From assembly GCF_041146345.1 (NCBI RefSeq), contig NW_027191405.1:1302001-1366000 (forward strand): a DNA stretch of 64,000 bases, read 5' to 3'. Source of the stretch: Neodothiora populina. Taxonomy: Eukaryota. A program made the position numbers and the translations under genes. The notes under the pieces are model-generated. The model ran no database searches and was not told the DNA's origin. It saw nothing but the letters and a program-made list of their open reading frames with translations. Positions 23,219 to 35,734 of this stretch are shown here, one piece after another; positions within the stretch are counted from its first letter, which is position 1, and the number at the start of each line of letters is the position of its first letter.

Positions 23219-23821
23219 GGTGAATTTGTGTTGTGACAAGGACAAGAAAAGAAAAAGACACTGCAACAAGGTGAGGAAACAATCGCAGAGGCAGACATCA
23301 TGAGTTATTGCAGCCTTTCAATAATCACATGCTGAGTTCGACTTGCATACAAACCCCGGAACTGAGTACTCGCGCTTTGTTAGCCAGTCCGGACACCGAA
23401 AGCTTGGATGAGAGACGAATTGATAGGTTGCCGCGAGAACCCTGCGCGGTGGAGCTTTACCTGCATCAGATGAAAGCGTCATCCCTGATCGTCCCCGCAT
23501 CCTTGCAGCTGCGTGCTATCGGATCCCCAAATGTGCAATGTAATCCTCCGAGATCAGCATGCATTCGGTTGATTGTACTGTTTGTCACCGCTAAGGCTGG
23601 CGCATATAGTTGTACGATATGTTTGTAGTAGAGTGTTTAGTGGATGGTCCGAAACGCGAGGTGACGAGGGATCGAAAAGATCCCAGTAGTAGGTCGGCTT
23701 CCATGCTGCAGTAGTATCGTTGCCAACACGTTGAGAAACAGCGAACCGTATATTGTTTCAATTGTATCACACCGTGAGGAACCAAAAAAACGCTCCTCAT
23801 ATAGCCAATCCATACAAGATC

Positions 23822-24382
23822 ATGGACATCGGTACCTCCAACCGTTTAGCCACAGCTTATGCGTTGCTCGAAGCCTACAGCGCGCTCTCTCCAGATCAGA
23901 TTCTCTCTCAATTAGACGACGATGGCAAACACCAGATACTTCCCGAATCGTTGGGTATGCCTGCACGTAGCAAGCAGGAATATGGGGCGCACGCTGCCGG
24001 CATCACGTCCGTCTTCAAGAGCTTCAAGATGATCCCACAAGCAATATACGAAGATGTTGCATCGAACGCTGTTATCATACATGCGAAAATGGATGGCGAA
24101 TTGGCAAAGGGTTCCGGAGGAAGATGGGAGAACGAGTGCATCATGCTTTTGAGCATGAATGATGACGGGACGAAAATCGTCGAGATCAAGGAATTCGTGG
24201 ACAGCGACAAGGCCATGAAGATGCGTAACAAGGTCAAGCCGAAGCATTTTGGACCTCCAGGCTCGGCACTTGCTGTGATCTCCTCAGCAGTCACAGGCGC
24301 GATGCCTGTTATCCTTGGAGGCGTGGCTGGCGCAGCTGTTATGTTCTTCTCCGGAAGGAGAGATATCCTTCGCATAAGATAG
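23822..24382 (+). CDS. SnoaL/NTF2-like protein with C-terminal hydrophobic tail
   Basis: HQILPESLG, VIIHAKMDG and WENECIMLLSMNDDGTKIVEIKEFVDS are typical of fungal SnoaL-like tailoring proteins. Tail AMPVILGGVAGAAVMFFSGRR. Confidence 0.8.
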   Translation: MDIGTSNRLATAYALLEAYSALSPDQILSQLDDDGKHQILPESLGMPARSKQEYGAHAAGITSVFKSFKMIPQAIYEDVASNAVIIHAKMDGELAKGSGGRWENECIMLLSMNDDGTKIVEIKEFVDSDKAMKMRNKVKPKHFGPPGSALAVISSAVTGAMPVILGGVAGAAVMFFSGRRDILRIR

Positions 24383-26285
24383 GAGTGACTGGGGTAGCTG
24401 TGGGCTGTGTAGTGCAGCATGTAGACACGATATTACATCCTTTCTGGCAGGATATGTATCTTATTGCATTACTACTTTTCGCGTCATGGCACATGGCACA
24501 CTGTTCCGAAGTTTGAAGTAGCACACTAGCAAACTCGTGATTTTTCGCCTTGCGTTGTGCTCTGGCAGGTCTTCGTCGCGCTGTTCTATTGTCGCTCATG
24601 TTTTCCACTGATCGACATTGCGAATATTGACGTGCCTGAGTTCAGAATCCAACTTAATCGTGTTCAGCACGACACCTTTTCAAAATCTGTATCTTCGCTG
24701 TAAGGCTTTGAATGAGATGTCGCAGTGACCACAAATGACCACGAGTCACTTCTCTCATTCCTCGGATTGCCATCTGTATATATGAAAAGTATGACAATAT
24801 TTTCCACCATTATTATCCCGACTGTGATTTGAGACATCTAAGAGGACTCCACTGAAGTGTTGGTCGAATATATCTTACATATCAAGCATCAGACAGAGGG
24901 CGACCCTGTCCTTTTCATGTAGTTTGTAAGATAAACCTATCAAGTCATTGTTCTAGCCATGGTCCCAAGAAGCACTCCCACAACGGAACTGCATCTGGCT
25001 AATGTAGCTGTATGAATCACGATGCCGGTGCGTACCTTGCCAATGAAAGGGAGCGTTCACGAATAATGCGGAGTAAGCATACGGCCTTGAGCGATACAGC
25101 CACGAAGCCCCCAGTCCCGTTGTTATCAGCTCAGGTGTCGCATTCATCCTACTTGATAATGCATCGACCGATAATCATTGTTCACCGTGCTCATATGGAT
25201 TCGTCGACGTGGACTAGACAACATCGATCAAAGAACGCAAACACGCAGCATCACTGCAGGTTCTCGCCATCAGCAGAGACGTCCAGGTTGATCAACTATC
25301 CTTATCGCAGCACCCAAGAAGGTAACAGACAAGCCAATTAGAGTCAACACCGGGTTGACCCAGTGACACAACACCTGCATCCATGCCACATTGCAGATTG
25401 GCTTGACTTGAACATTGCCATTGTCATCGGCTACAGGTAAGCGAGTGTGCTACAACGCTCAGGCTGCCTAGAACTGTAAACATGGACTGGTCATCGTCAA
25501 TCGGCCTCGCCTCCTCGCACCTCACCACGATTGCGATGTATTGTGATCTTTCTGCTACCCACTCACGATGGCTGGCAGAGGCGTACCAGGCGCACCAGGC
25601 GCGCCAGGCTCGTTAGCGTGACAGTGTACCATCGAGGCTCAACTGGGAGTGGGACCCGATACCAGAAATGTTTGGCGCCGCGACATATATCCCGCATTTG
25701 TACACTGTACGAGGGCTTTCGTCGAAAACCCCTGCCACTGCCAGCTCAAATGGTTGTGAAAGCAGATAAGGTACCAAGTAAGCACGCCTAGTTTTCAGAG
25801 ATCTCAAACTCGTGGTTGTACAAATATCACGACTGCTGGTATTATTACTCCAGATACATAAGGGAAAGTCGCTGCAAGATTGCGCGCCTAAAGCCACCGA
25901 TGTGTACTCCTCGAATCGTCAGGCCAAGTACACTCATGGCTCGGTCGAAGCCGAAGCCTATCGCTGACGCAGAAAGGCCGATGCGCATTTGAATTGTAGG
26001 TTGCAAATTGCATGCACTTTGTCCCAAGACCAGGGATCTGCTTCCTGTACCGGAAGAATTGACAGAAGTGTGCAGGGGATCAAGGCGGACTTTATGTATC
26101 GGATCCCCATTTTTGGAAGCCGGGGAGATGTCGTCAAGACTTATGAGCGGCCAGGGTCTGACCAGCCACTAAACAATCCGGACTTCGTACTTCTCACGCT
26201 AGCGTCAATCTACAAGCTAAAACTGCATGAACCAAGTGCCGTAGCATAAGTCTATTCTCACGTCGTGCAATTGGCAAAATTAAGA

Positions 26286-26317
26286 TGCTCTCACCACGTG
26301 CTCTCACCACGTGCTCT
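26286..26317. repeat. 13-bp tandem duplication (TGCTCTCACCACG x2.5) carrying two CACGTG boxes
   Basis: Seen directly; lies in the convergent intergenic region, so a regulatory role is doubtful. Confidence 0.7.
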
Positions 26318-26610
26318 GAAGATGTCCACGACCACGGCTGTGACCAGCATCGACTATGGACAGACTCTGCCTATTGATTGCAGTGTTGACAAAGTTCTGT
26401 CAGAGCAATTACTATTGATACGCGATCTATATTGGGCATCTTCGGCTATACAAGATAAACTCGAATAAAAAGATTGCCAAGTTGTTGACATGTATTAAAT
26501 GAAGACCTTACCGATCTCGTTCTTCCTGTTGATGAAAATTGTTGACGTAGAGCTTCCATGTTCTGATGGCGAGGTCTGCCGTGATTTCATAGTCTTCAAG
26601 AGCCAATATA

Positions 26611-28337
26611 TCATGCAGCCTGTGCATTTTTCATTGCTGCTTCCTTGAGGAAATCCTCTCGTGCTTGCTTATCTTGAGTCTCGCTTTCCCGCCACTCACG
26701 AATGACGGCAGCTGTCTTCTTCTCACTTCGAGGGTCGAAGGCCATCTGAAAGGGATCGGGTTTGATGATCAACAGTGACCCGGATTCATCCGTGGGTACC
26801 TCGATTTCCAATCCAGTCGCGGGATCAACCTTGCGCTTCAACGTGAAGCACCACGCAAGAGCGCCACAAGAAACGAGTAGCTCGTCCTGAGTGAGACTCA
26901 TGCCAAGACACTGGCGCTGACCGAATCCGAAGGAGGTCATACCCTTGATGTTAGGAAATTGAGTGAGAGGCTCCTGAAAAGTAGGCCAGCTGGCTTCCAA
27001 CCAACGCTCCGGGCGATAGCTCTCGGGATCGGGATACTTGACGGGGTTGAGAAGGAAAGCACTGAGGCTCTTGATTAGTATCCGGCTACTTTATGTTATA
27101 TGACAACGGACTTACTAGTCGAGTGGGAGGATACGAACACCCTTGGGGATGAAGTAGCCCTTGTAATAATCATCCTTCTCGGTTTCATGTGCAACACCTG
27201 TGGGGACGTTTGGCCGCCAGCGCATGGATTCTTTGATGCAAGCACGAAGGATGGGAAGTTGAGGCATATCATCTATGACAGGCAGGCGATCACCACAAAC
27301 CCGATCAACCTCGTCTTGAACCTTCTTCATCCATTCCGGATGGTGAACCATAGCGACCAAGAAGTAGTTCAACGGCCCAGCGATCGTGAAGATGCCAACG
27401 AGAGCAAGCATTCCCAGTACGGAAGAAGCTTCATAATCTCCAGAGAGGTTATTAGTCTTTTCAGTTTCGAGGAATTGACGAGTGAAGCTCCAGCGTGCAG
27501 TGCCGTTTTTCATCTTCTGCTTGGTCCTTACAAGGTTTTCCATCCACCAAGCTTGTTGTTCATCGTGCCTCTTGTGCTCAGCCTTCTTCCAAGGGTTGAT
27601 CGCTTCGGGTAGTTTCCAAAGTGGAGTAATGATGTTCGTGATAGGACCGGCCGGGGACATCTGAGTGAGCAGGCCCCATGCGCTCTTGATACAGTACTCA
27701 CTGAGGTCCGGCTCATCCCAGTTCAGCGTGCACATGATCTTCGATGCCATGTCTTCTAATGTGAAGTTGAACCCATCGGGATCGGTAAGTAGACGGAACA
27801 TCCATCGTTTGACCTCATGATTCATGATGCCATAATACTGAGCGTTGGTAGCTTGTGTGAGATAGCCATGGGTAAAGCGGCGCTGTCGAGCCCAGTACTC
27901 TACGATCCATGTCAGTCAGATGATCATGGATGAATGTAGTCAGGTAACATACGATTATGTCCCATGAGTGGGAGATACTCCATGGATCCATGTGTACTCT
28001 TAGAATCGAACAATGATGGTACTGCGGGTCGATCTGAATTGTACTTCGCCTTCTTCACGAGGAGATCCTCAGCAATCTTCTCATCAGACACAATGATGAA
28101 AGGCGTGCCAAGCATCTCTGTGTAATATATGGGTCCAAACTCATCAGCGAAAGATTTGAATTTCTTCCACATATGTTTGATGGGCATATCATGTACGCGG
28201 CCAATCACCGGCAACAGAGTTGGCCCAGGCAACCTGTGCTCAGTCTTTTTGTTTATTTTTCGTACATTGTTGATGAATGAGAAGACTCCGAGTGCCACGA
28301 AGGCAGCGGCTGCAAAGAGTAGCGTGATAGGCTGCAT
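26611..28337 (-). CDS. Cytochrome P450 monooxygenase
   Basis: Exons 28337-27953, 27899-27116, 27061-26611. N-terminal membrane anchor, LPGP hinge, WARQRR, ESMR (ExxR), YRPERW and heme motif FGFGQRQCLG. Confidence 0.95.
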
Positions 28338-30273
28338 GTTTGCACGTCGAGTTCGAAAGAAAAAGATTGATCCCAGGAAGTGGATGAAACGCAGTTGTTA
28401 ACTTGCTCGCGTAAAGGCAGACACCGAGATATACTTCATGCATCCACCGCGGATCGAGGATGGAGGAGCACAGAGCAAGGATGATCGTCCTTCTGTCAAA
28501 AGCTTGAGGTGACACATTCTCTTCGTGGGTGCAAGGGTGTCTGGCTGGGCTGGGAAGATCGTTCACCACTTCCTGATCTGCAGGCATCTAGGTACATTGG
28601 GCTGGAGACTGCAGCATTACCCAGAAAAACGTGTGTCGACTAATGCATCATGAATCATCAACCCTACTCCGGAGATATACCAATTGCACCATAACCAAGA
28701 AAAGTGTACAAGATGCATACATGGGGATGAAAAGGGTTTGACCAAGCCGTTGGATCCCTAAACCCTCCAACAGCGTACGTGAGAGTCCTTACGTGTGGGC
28801 GCTGTTCGGCGGACCATGTCTGTGCCGTCCTACGATCAGTAATGGGAACCTGAGGATGTGTAGCCAAAGACGAGAAGATTGACAGTGATAATTCTGAGAA
28901 AGCGTCATAAGTAAGCCGATTGGATGGAAGCGATGGATTTCGTATCGCACTCCAACAACGACTATCGCGTCGTCCTTCTCCAACCTCTTCAGGACAGGTG
29001 CATGGGTTGCCAGGCCGGTAAAATACGCGAGGAGATACATGCACCAGTACCGGCCTCATGCCTCAACGGGAGAGTCTGTTGCCAGGATATAGATATCTGG
29101 CGGCCGTTTACGACAATGATCGCAGTGATCGTCGTTCTGAGTATCTTACATGTCCGGTCACCCTGAGGGAGTTTACTCAAGGCAGTGTTGACTTGGCTCC
29201 CGGCCCCCCGGCCTGGGCAATGACCGGCCAAGAGGTGTAGTACACGAACACTATTGGCGGACTCCATTGGAACAAGTGTAGAGGTGGTGAGGGCGCCTCC
29301 GGGAGGGGCTCGTCCTCGGTCTCAAGTTGATTGTGCTGTGTCGCTCCACATAACGCAATCTAGCCGGGAAGCCACATGATCATCACTATGCTTTGACAGA
29401 AAGATGAAACAATGGCTGGCATTTTCGGACTTGCATCGTACGCCACGCATCAAGCGCATATACCTTGGCTATGGCATCCTAGTTTGCGTGGCAAGGATGC
29501 CGGCCACCCTCGAGAATAAGCATTTGCCTCATCTTCAAACTAGGATATTCACTGAATTGGACTAGTCGAATTTGGTTCGTTAATTGCTCAAGCCCATATC
29601 CAAACGGCATCTTGCAAGTGTGGTAAGTTGAATGGACCATCGTAAACATGATCTTAGGCGAAGGAACTTGGAAGTCTGTCGAGCCGATCTGGGAGGGGGG
29701 AAAAGCTGGTCTGTGCTGAAGTACATACACAACTGCAGTAGTACGAACTGTAGACATATCTTGCAGGCAGCCTTGGATGCTGTTCCGCGATCATACCTTA
29801 TCTACCAGCCGGCGGGCCGGGCCGTCGAGTATCGTCTTGAGGTTACCTACCTCACTGTAGGCATCGTCCCGCAAATATGTGCAAGGTACTTTAGGCCTGC
29901 AGCAGGATCTGTGTGAGTACCCATGTGCCTTTTCCTCGGACTTCGATGTAGACACGACTTGTTGCTGTCATGGGTCGGAAAGTCAAAACAGGCCTCTTGT
30001 CTGCGTCGCCTGTGTAGGACGTTGTGATCGTCATAGGCTACTCTCGTCTTGCTCCTCTGTGTCGGTGAATTCTTCTGGAGACCCGATACAATAGCTCGGC
30101 CTCTGATCATGGCCGATGAGGCGACACGATGAGCAGACGGACCGGTCGGTCTACATCGCCGAGATAATTATGTAGCACACAAAAGTGTTGTCACATCCAG
30201 TTGCATTGTTGTTAGGATTCAAGCCGATCTTTCCATCGATTCCAATCTACTACGAACTTCACCTTAGATCATC

Positions 30274-31786
30274 ATGGAGACCAAGACTGTAGGGTCTTAC
30301 CCATCGACGGACATCGACGTGCTCATCATTGGCACTGGTCTAGCTGGTCTCACAGCAGCCATTGAGTGCCTCCGTAAAGGCCATAACGTTCGTGTCCTTG
30401 AACGCAATGCCGACATCAACACTGCCGGCGACATGTACTTTATGGGACTCAGTGCAACCAGATTTTTCAAGCATTGGCCTGAGATGAAAGCCGAATATGA
30501 CGCGATTGGCCTCCATGATGCTTGGATCGAGACTTTTAAGCATTCTGGTGAGCAAATGATCAAGCCTCTCAGAGTTGCCGATAGGCTCAAGGCCCAAGGC
30601 CTTGACCCCGGCACTCCCCCAGGCACTTTTCAGATGCGACCCCTCGTGTACAAGATGTTTGTCAAGCAGGTGGAGAGGCTTGGTGTCAACGTCGAGTTTG
30701 GTCGTCGTGTTGTTGATTATTTCGAAGATTCGAGCAAGAACAAGGCCGGTGTGGTGTGCGATGATGGTCAGCGATATGAGGCCGACGTTGTCATCGCAGC
30801 AGATGGAGTTGGCTCAAAGTCACAGAAGCTCGTCGGTGGTCAAGTACGCGCTAGATCGTCCGGCAGAGCAATGTGGCGTGCCGCATTCCCCATCGAGAAC
30901 CTTGACAAGGATCCGGAGGTCAAGGAGTTTTTCCACATGATCGACGGCAAACATCCAATCGTCCGCACCTGGCTGGGACCTAGCACATATGCGCTTACAC
31001 TCACTCGCCCGGATACCATGATCTGGATCATGAACCATGACGTTACAGGTACAGAGCAGGAGAGTTGGAACGCCACCATCGACTACGACGAAGTCCTCAA
31101 GGGTATGGATGAAATGCCAGGTGCCGGGTGGTCTCCCATGTTCAAGCGACTAGTAAAGTGCACACCACCCAAGACAATCATTAATTTTGAGCTGCTCTGG
31201 AGAAACCCTCAGCCTAGTTGGCTTTCGCCTAATGCACGGGTTGTGCAAATAGGTGACAGCGCACATTCTTTCCTTCCTGCTTCTGGGAATGGTGCCACAC
31301 AGGCTGTCGAGGACGCAGTAACACTCGCGTCCTGTCTTCAGATCGCTGGCAAGGAGAATGTCTCCGAAGGTGTTCGTGCTCACGTCAGAACCCGGTAAGA
31401 CCATGTGATAAAAAGGAGAGAAAGGCCAGCAATGCTAATGACTACCCTTCCCCAGATTTGTCCGCAATGCCTGCGCTCAGAAGCTCGGCTTCAGCAATGC
31501 CGAGCTTCTTCAGGAAACCGACTGGGAGAAAGTAAAACTTGATCCTCGTCGTGCCGCACCCAAGCTACCTAGCTGGGTATGGGGTCACGACCCCGAAGCA
31601 TATGTGTACGCCAATTACGATAACATTGTCGATGGTATGAAAAAGGGAATAAGACTGGAGGACGATGAGCGTGTCCCCCCCAATTACCCTCCAGGGTACA
31701 GGTATGAGCCATGGAACATTGAACAGATCATGGATGATATGAGGGCTGGTAAGCCGTTTGAGTTAGGTCCTGGTAATTGGGATTGA
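30274..31786 (+). CDS. Group A FAD-dependent monooxygenase (aromatic hydroxylase; MAK1/salicylate hydroxylase-like)
   Basis: Exons 30274-31394 and 31456-31786. GTGLAG (GxGxxG), IAADGVGS (DG motif) and QIGDSAHSFLPASGNGATQAVEDA (GD motif). Confidence 0.93.
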
Positions 31787-32413
31787 GTAAATAAAGCAGA
31801 TATAATGCATACCTTATGATGACTAGCTTCACAAACAGAGCAGCAGTGATGTCGCAGTGAAGTGGCGTGGGAGAAGTAGTAGAAATGTTGTAAGATTACC
31901 GTAGGTATCTAGTGATTATAAGTAGAGCCTTGTTTCTAAAGACCGTATGACCGTGAGAACGAGCGGAAGCTGCGTTAACAGCAGTGAAGAAAGCAAGTTT
32001 CTGTTTAGAAGTCGAGTAAGGTATTCACAAAATTTGTGACAAGCGCGTGCTTGCTTCACCAGTCGCTCCTTCCATCCTTTGCCCAGTGGCAGCAATGTAG
32101 CACAGCAATTGGGAGGCAGTAAGAAACAGTGAGGTGAGTTACCTTAGCAAAGAAGTAGGAACAAGAGAGCATCAGCGTCTTGATTAATCGAGCCGCTGCC
32201 GAAGGATGCAATGGCGGCAGGCCAAATAACTATTCTTGGAATTTATACTTGGATTAATCGTAAAAGCCTTGCGGCAGCATGTACCAAGGTTCCTGGTCAC
32301 TTCTCAGTGGAGGGACCATGAGATCGAGATACCGAATGTAAGAAGATTGGTCGTTGTTCCGCGCAACCCTGTCGATCTTGGGTTGGCGCTTTTTTGTCAG
32401 TCTCCATTATGTA

Positions 32414-33244
32414 TTAATCCGAATCCGAATAATCAGCTAAACCAAGAGCACTTTTCGGCGGAGACTTTTGGGACGCTGGAGTAGGCAAGGCTGCAGCTTG
32501 AGCGTCGTTTGACACCGCTGGTGGTGACGGCTTGGGCACGGGATCATGCACCTGACTTCGAGACCCATCTTGAACACGAGCAGTCTCCGTCACTTGTTTG
32601 GTCTCGGAGTCGATCCTCTCGATAGCTTTTGAGGCCGTTGATGATGCTTTGCGTAATTTCACACCAGGCAACTCCTTCTGTGGTCCTCGCTTGCGCTTCT
32701 TGACGCTCCAAGTCTCTCCCTCTTGCTTTGTGACATTTGTAGGGGCCTCTGCTAGACGGGCAGCTTTTTCTGTTCCTTCTTGCTGTCTTCGAAACAATTC
32801 AAGCTGTTCAGCCGTCTCCTTCTTCACTGCACTTTCTTTGGCTCTGGTTGACTCTAGGACCGAGTCAAGAAACTCGACCTCGTCTTCGTCCAGGGACCGG
32901 AATTGATTTGACAATCGGATTGACTGTACAATTTAGCAGAAGTGACCCAGTCATGCCAGTACGTGAACCAAATTACCTCTTCGAAAGCGTCTTGCTTGGC
33001 CGCTGAAAGGCGGTCAGCATCAATTGAAATAGCATACCATCTGCTGTCTAAGCTATTGCTCATGTGCATAGTCTAGGATACCTTTGTTGGCTTGCAGAGT
33101 TTCGTACAGGCTCTTGCCACCTTGTTGCCGACTCTCTTCCTCTTTCTGCCTACGCTTTTCATCGATCTCTTGCTGGGCTTTCAACCAAGCTTCATCGCGC
33201 TCTATTGGTTCCTCCGTCGTACCGCCAGATACGAAGCGCGACAT
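32414..33244 (-). CDS. FAM192A/Fyv6 (NIP30-like) nuclear protein
   Basis: Exons 33244-33082, 33002-32977 (26-nt microexon), 32923-32414. They give MSRFVSGG...KSLYETLQANKAAKQDAFEESIRLSNQFRSLDEDEVEFLDSV, an NLS-like KKRKR and C-terminal LGLADYSDSD. Confidence 0.88.
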
Positions 33245-34174
33245 TATGATGAAGATCTGAAAGCAATGCTATATCACGATTCCAGAAGCCTCTCGAGTCC
33301 AATTTTACTTCTCACTATTCCTGTCTCTTACACGGATCCGATATGCGCGTAGACGAGCACAGCACATTCCGAACGTGATCGAATTTTGACTGACTCAAGG
33401 TGTCACTGCAGCGCGCGCACAGACTCGATTCGCACCAGTGTAGGCAAAGAACAGTATGGTAATTACACACGAAACGTCTGTGCATTCATCAGGTAAGGTA
33501 GAAGTGAGAAGTACTCTTGCGGGCAGCGGGAATGCCAAGACCATCACCTTGTTTAGGACCCCACGATTCTGCATGGCAGCGCTGGAATTAGATGGAAACC
33601 AAACCCCCACTTTGATGAGGTCACGACCATGTGAGCCTGGCACCTACGTTACGAAGGAGACGGCACTCGCGATTCATAAATTGGGTCGGGTCCTGTCTCA
33701 CCGCAATGGCAACAACTGTCCTGACGGAAGTCCATTGAGCCTCAATATGAACAGGTGGATAAGAGGCGTCTATTCTAGCGAACCTCCGTATGCTTGATTC
33801 GTATTGGCTGGGTGAGCGAGGCCCGCATTACGTGTGTTGACGGTTAAAGCCGGGTAAATGATCGAGCGGACAAGTTGGAGGGAAGGTCCACACCAGAGCT
33901 AAAGGTGGGCTGGTGGAGGGGTAATTGCAATAATTGCCGGTTCTGGCGGTGATAGGCAGCTTGAGACTGGGTTATGGAGGGCAATTCGAGGGCAACTGGA
34001 TGAGCCAATCTGCAGCAGTCGGTAGAAGGCGCCGTCATATCTTCAAGAATAAAAAAGTCCACATAAACATTGACCTTGTCCTCGACTTTTCTGTTTTCCT
34101 ATCTTTCTTGACTTCACTCCAACAACTTCAATCTCTATCACAACCAATACCTACACACTCCAAACACCGCAATC

Positions 34175-35126
34175 ATGACTGACTGGACCAAGCAAACCTT
34201 CACCCTCAACACCGTAAGTAAAACATGACTTGCTATATAATTGAAGAGCGAATTGCTCACGAACGTATCTGTAGGGCGCCAAGATGCCGGCTGTTGGTTT
34301 GGGTACATGGCAGTCCAAGCCCAACGAGGTTCGCCACGCCGTGAAGGCCGCGCTCCTCGCTGGGTACCGCCACATTGACACTGCTCTTGCCTACGGCAAC
34401 GAGGCAGAGGTCGGTCAGGGTATCAAGGACTCTGGTGTTCCCCGCGAAGAGATCTGGATCACAACCAAGCTCGACAACCCCTGGCACAAGCGCGTCGAAG
34501 AGGGTATTACCTCTTCGCTCAAGGATCTCGGTGTTGACTACGTCGACCTGTACCTCATGCACTGGCCCAGCAGCACGGACCCTGACGACCTCAAGAAGCA
34601 CTACCCTGACTGGAACTTCGTTGACACCTGGAGGGAGCTCCAGAAGCTCCCTGCTTCTGGTCGCGTTAAGAACATTGGTGTCTCCAACTTTGCCATTAAG
34701 AACCTTGAGATTCTCCTCAACGACCCCTCTTGCAAGACTGTCCCTGCTGTCAACCAGATCGAGCTTCACCCCAACAACCCCTCTCCTAAGCTCATTGACT
34801 ACTGCAAGTCAAAGGGCATTCACTGCACTGCATACTCATGCCTTGGCTCCACCAATTCTCCTCTCGCCAGCGATCCTGTACTCAAGGAGATCGCTGAGAA
34901 GTACGGCAAGAGCACCGCACAGATCCTCCTTGTGTGGGGTCTCCAACGTGGCACTTCGGTCATTCCCAAGTCCGTCACTCCCTCAAGAATCGAGGACAAC
35001 TTCAAGCTCGATGGCCTGAGCTTGTCAGACAAGGACATGAAGACACTCAGCAGCCGACCGGATCGCTTCAAGGTCTGTGGTGATGCTTGGTTGCCCGTTA
35101 AGGTCTTCTTTGGCGATGACGAGTAA
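34175..35126 (+). CDS. Aldo-keto reductase (Gcy1/Ypr1-like NADP-dependent)
   Basis: Exons 34175-34213 and 34275-35126. FTLNTGAKMPAVGLGTW, GYRHIDTALAYGNE, TTKL, LYLMHWP, IGVSNF, NQIELHP, VIPKS (D-Y-K-H tetrad intact). Strong codon bias. Confidence 0.95.
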
Positions 35127-35734
35127 AGAAAACACGGATACGCAGCGAATCGTGGGGCTGAGCTCTGCTTGGGGTCTCTTCACGCTACAAAAGTAGCGTT
35201 AGATTTATGATTTATATATACCATTTACGCTTTCATCTGATATCCATTTGATCAACTTGTCTGTTGTATATTTGTGCAATTGTGAAACTTTCTTGTTGCG
35301 GCAGTAGTTTGGCGGGACGCGTTTTCGTGTTTGCTAGAGCAGTCTTGGCTCACATGCGCCAAGACATCCCGCCTAGCCAGGGTGGTGAGGTTAGAGGCGC
35401 AGCCTTGATGCCAATGTTGACTTTATCCAATCGTGGGCTTAATGAGGCACGCGACACTCGCGTTGTCACTTCTAATGATTACCTATGTCTCTTGCAGTGC
35501 GAGCTGACTGTTGATCGCCAAGAGCAAAAGTGTAAAGGCTATGGCAACGTTGTCGCAAGAGGGGGCGGTGTTTCATCTGTCGTTGACAGATACATGTAGC
35601 GGTTCTCGTCGCTCTCTCGTGAAAACTCTCCCACCCACTCTATTACAAGGTAACTAAGGTACCTTGAAGTCAGAAACTCGCTATACAGTTTTGTTTTCTT
35701 TCAACCATTTCTTTAGCATCGAGAATTGGTAACC

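Noticed and set aside
24450..26600. Protein-like ORF fragments and a 9-bp CCAGGCG-type repeat in the convergent gap between SnoaL and P450
   Set aside because: The fragments do not join into a gene and match no family I recognise; no TIRs or LTRs seen.
33003..33081. Fyv6-like intron 1 donor GTATCCT resembles a U12-type 5' splice site
   Set aside because: It continues AG rather than TT, the branch point is an ordinary U2 GCTGAC, and Pezizomycotina are not known to retain the minor spliceosome.
34257..35071. Long alternative-frame and antisense ORFs over the AKR (likewise over the LARP, globin-like, ATPase, SLD3 and DAK genes)
   Set aside because: They are shadows of codon-biased real genes, with no motifs of their own.
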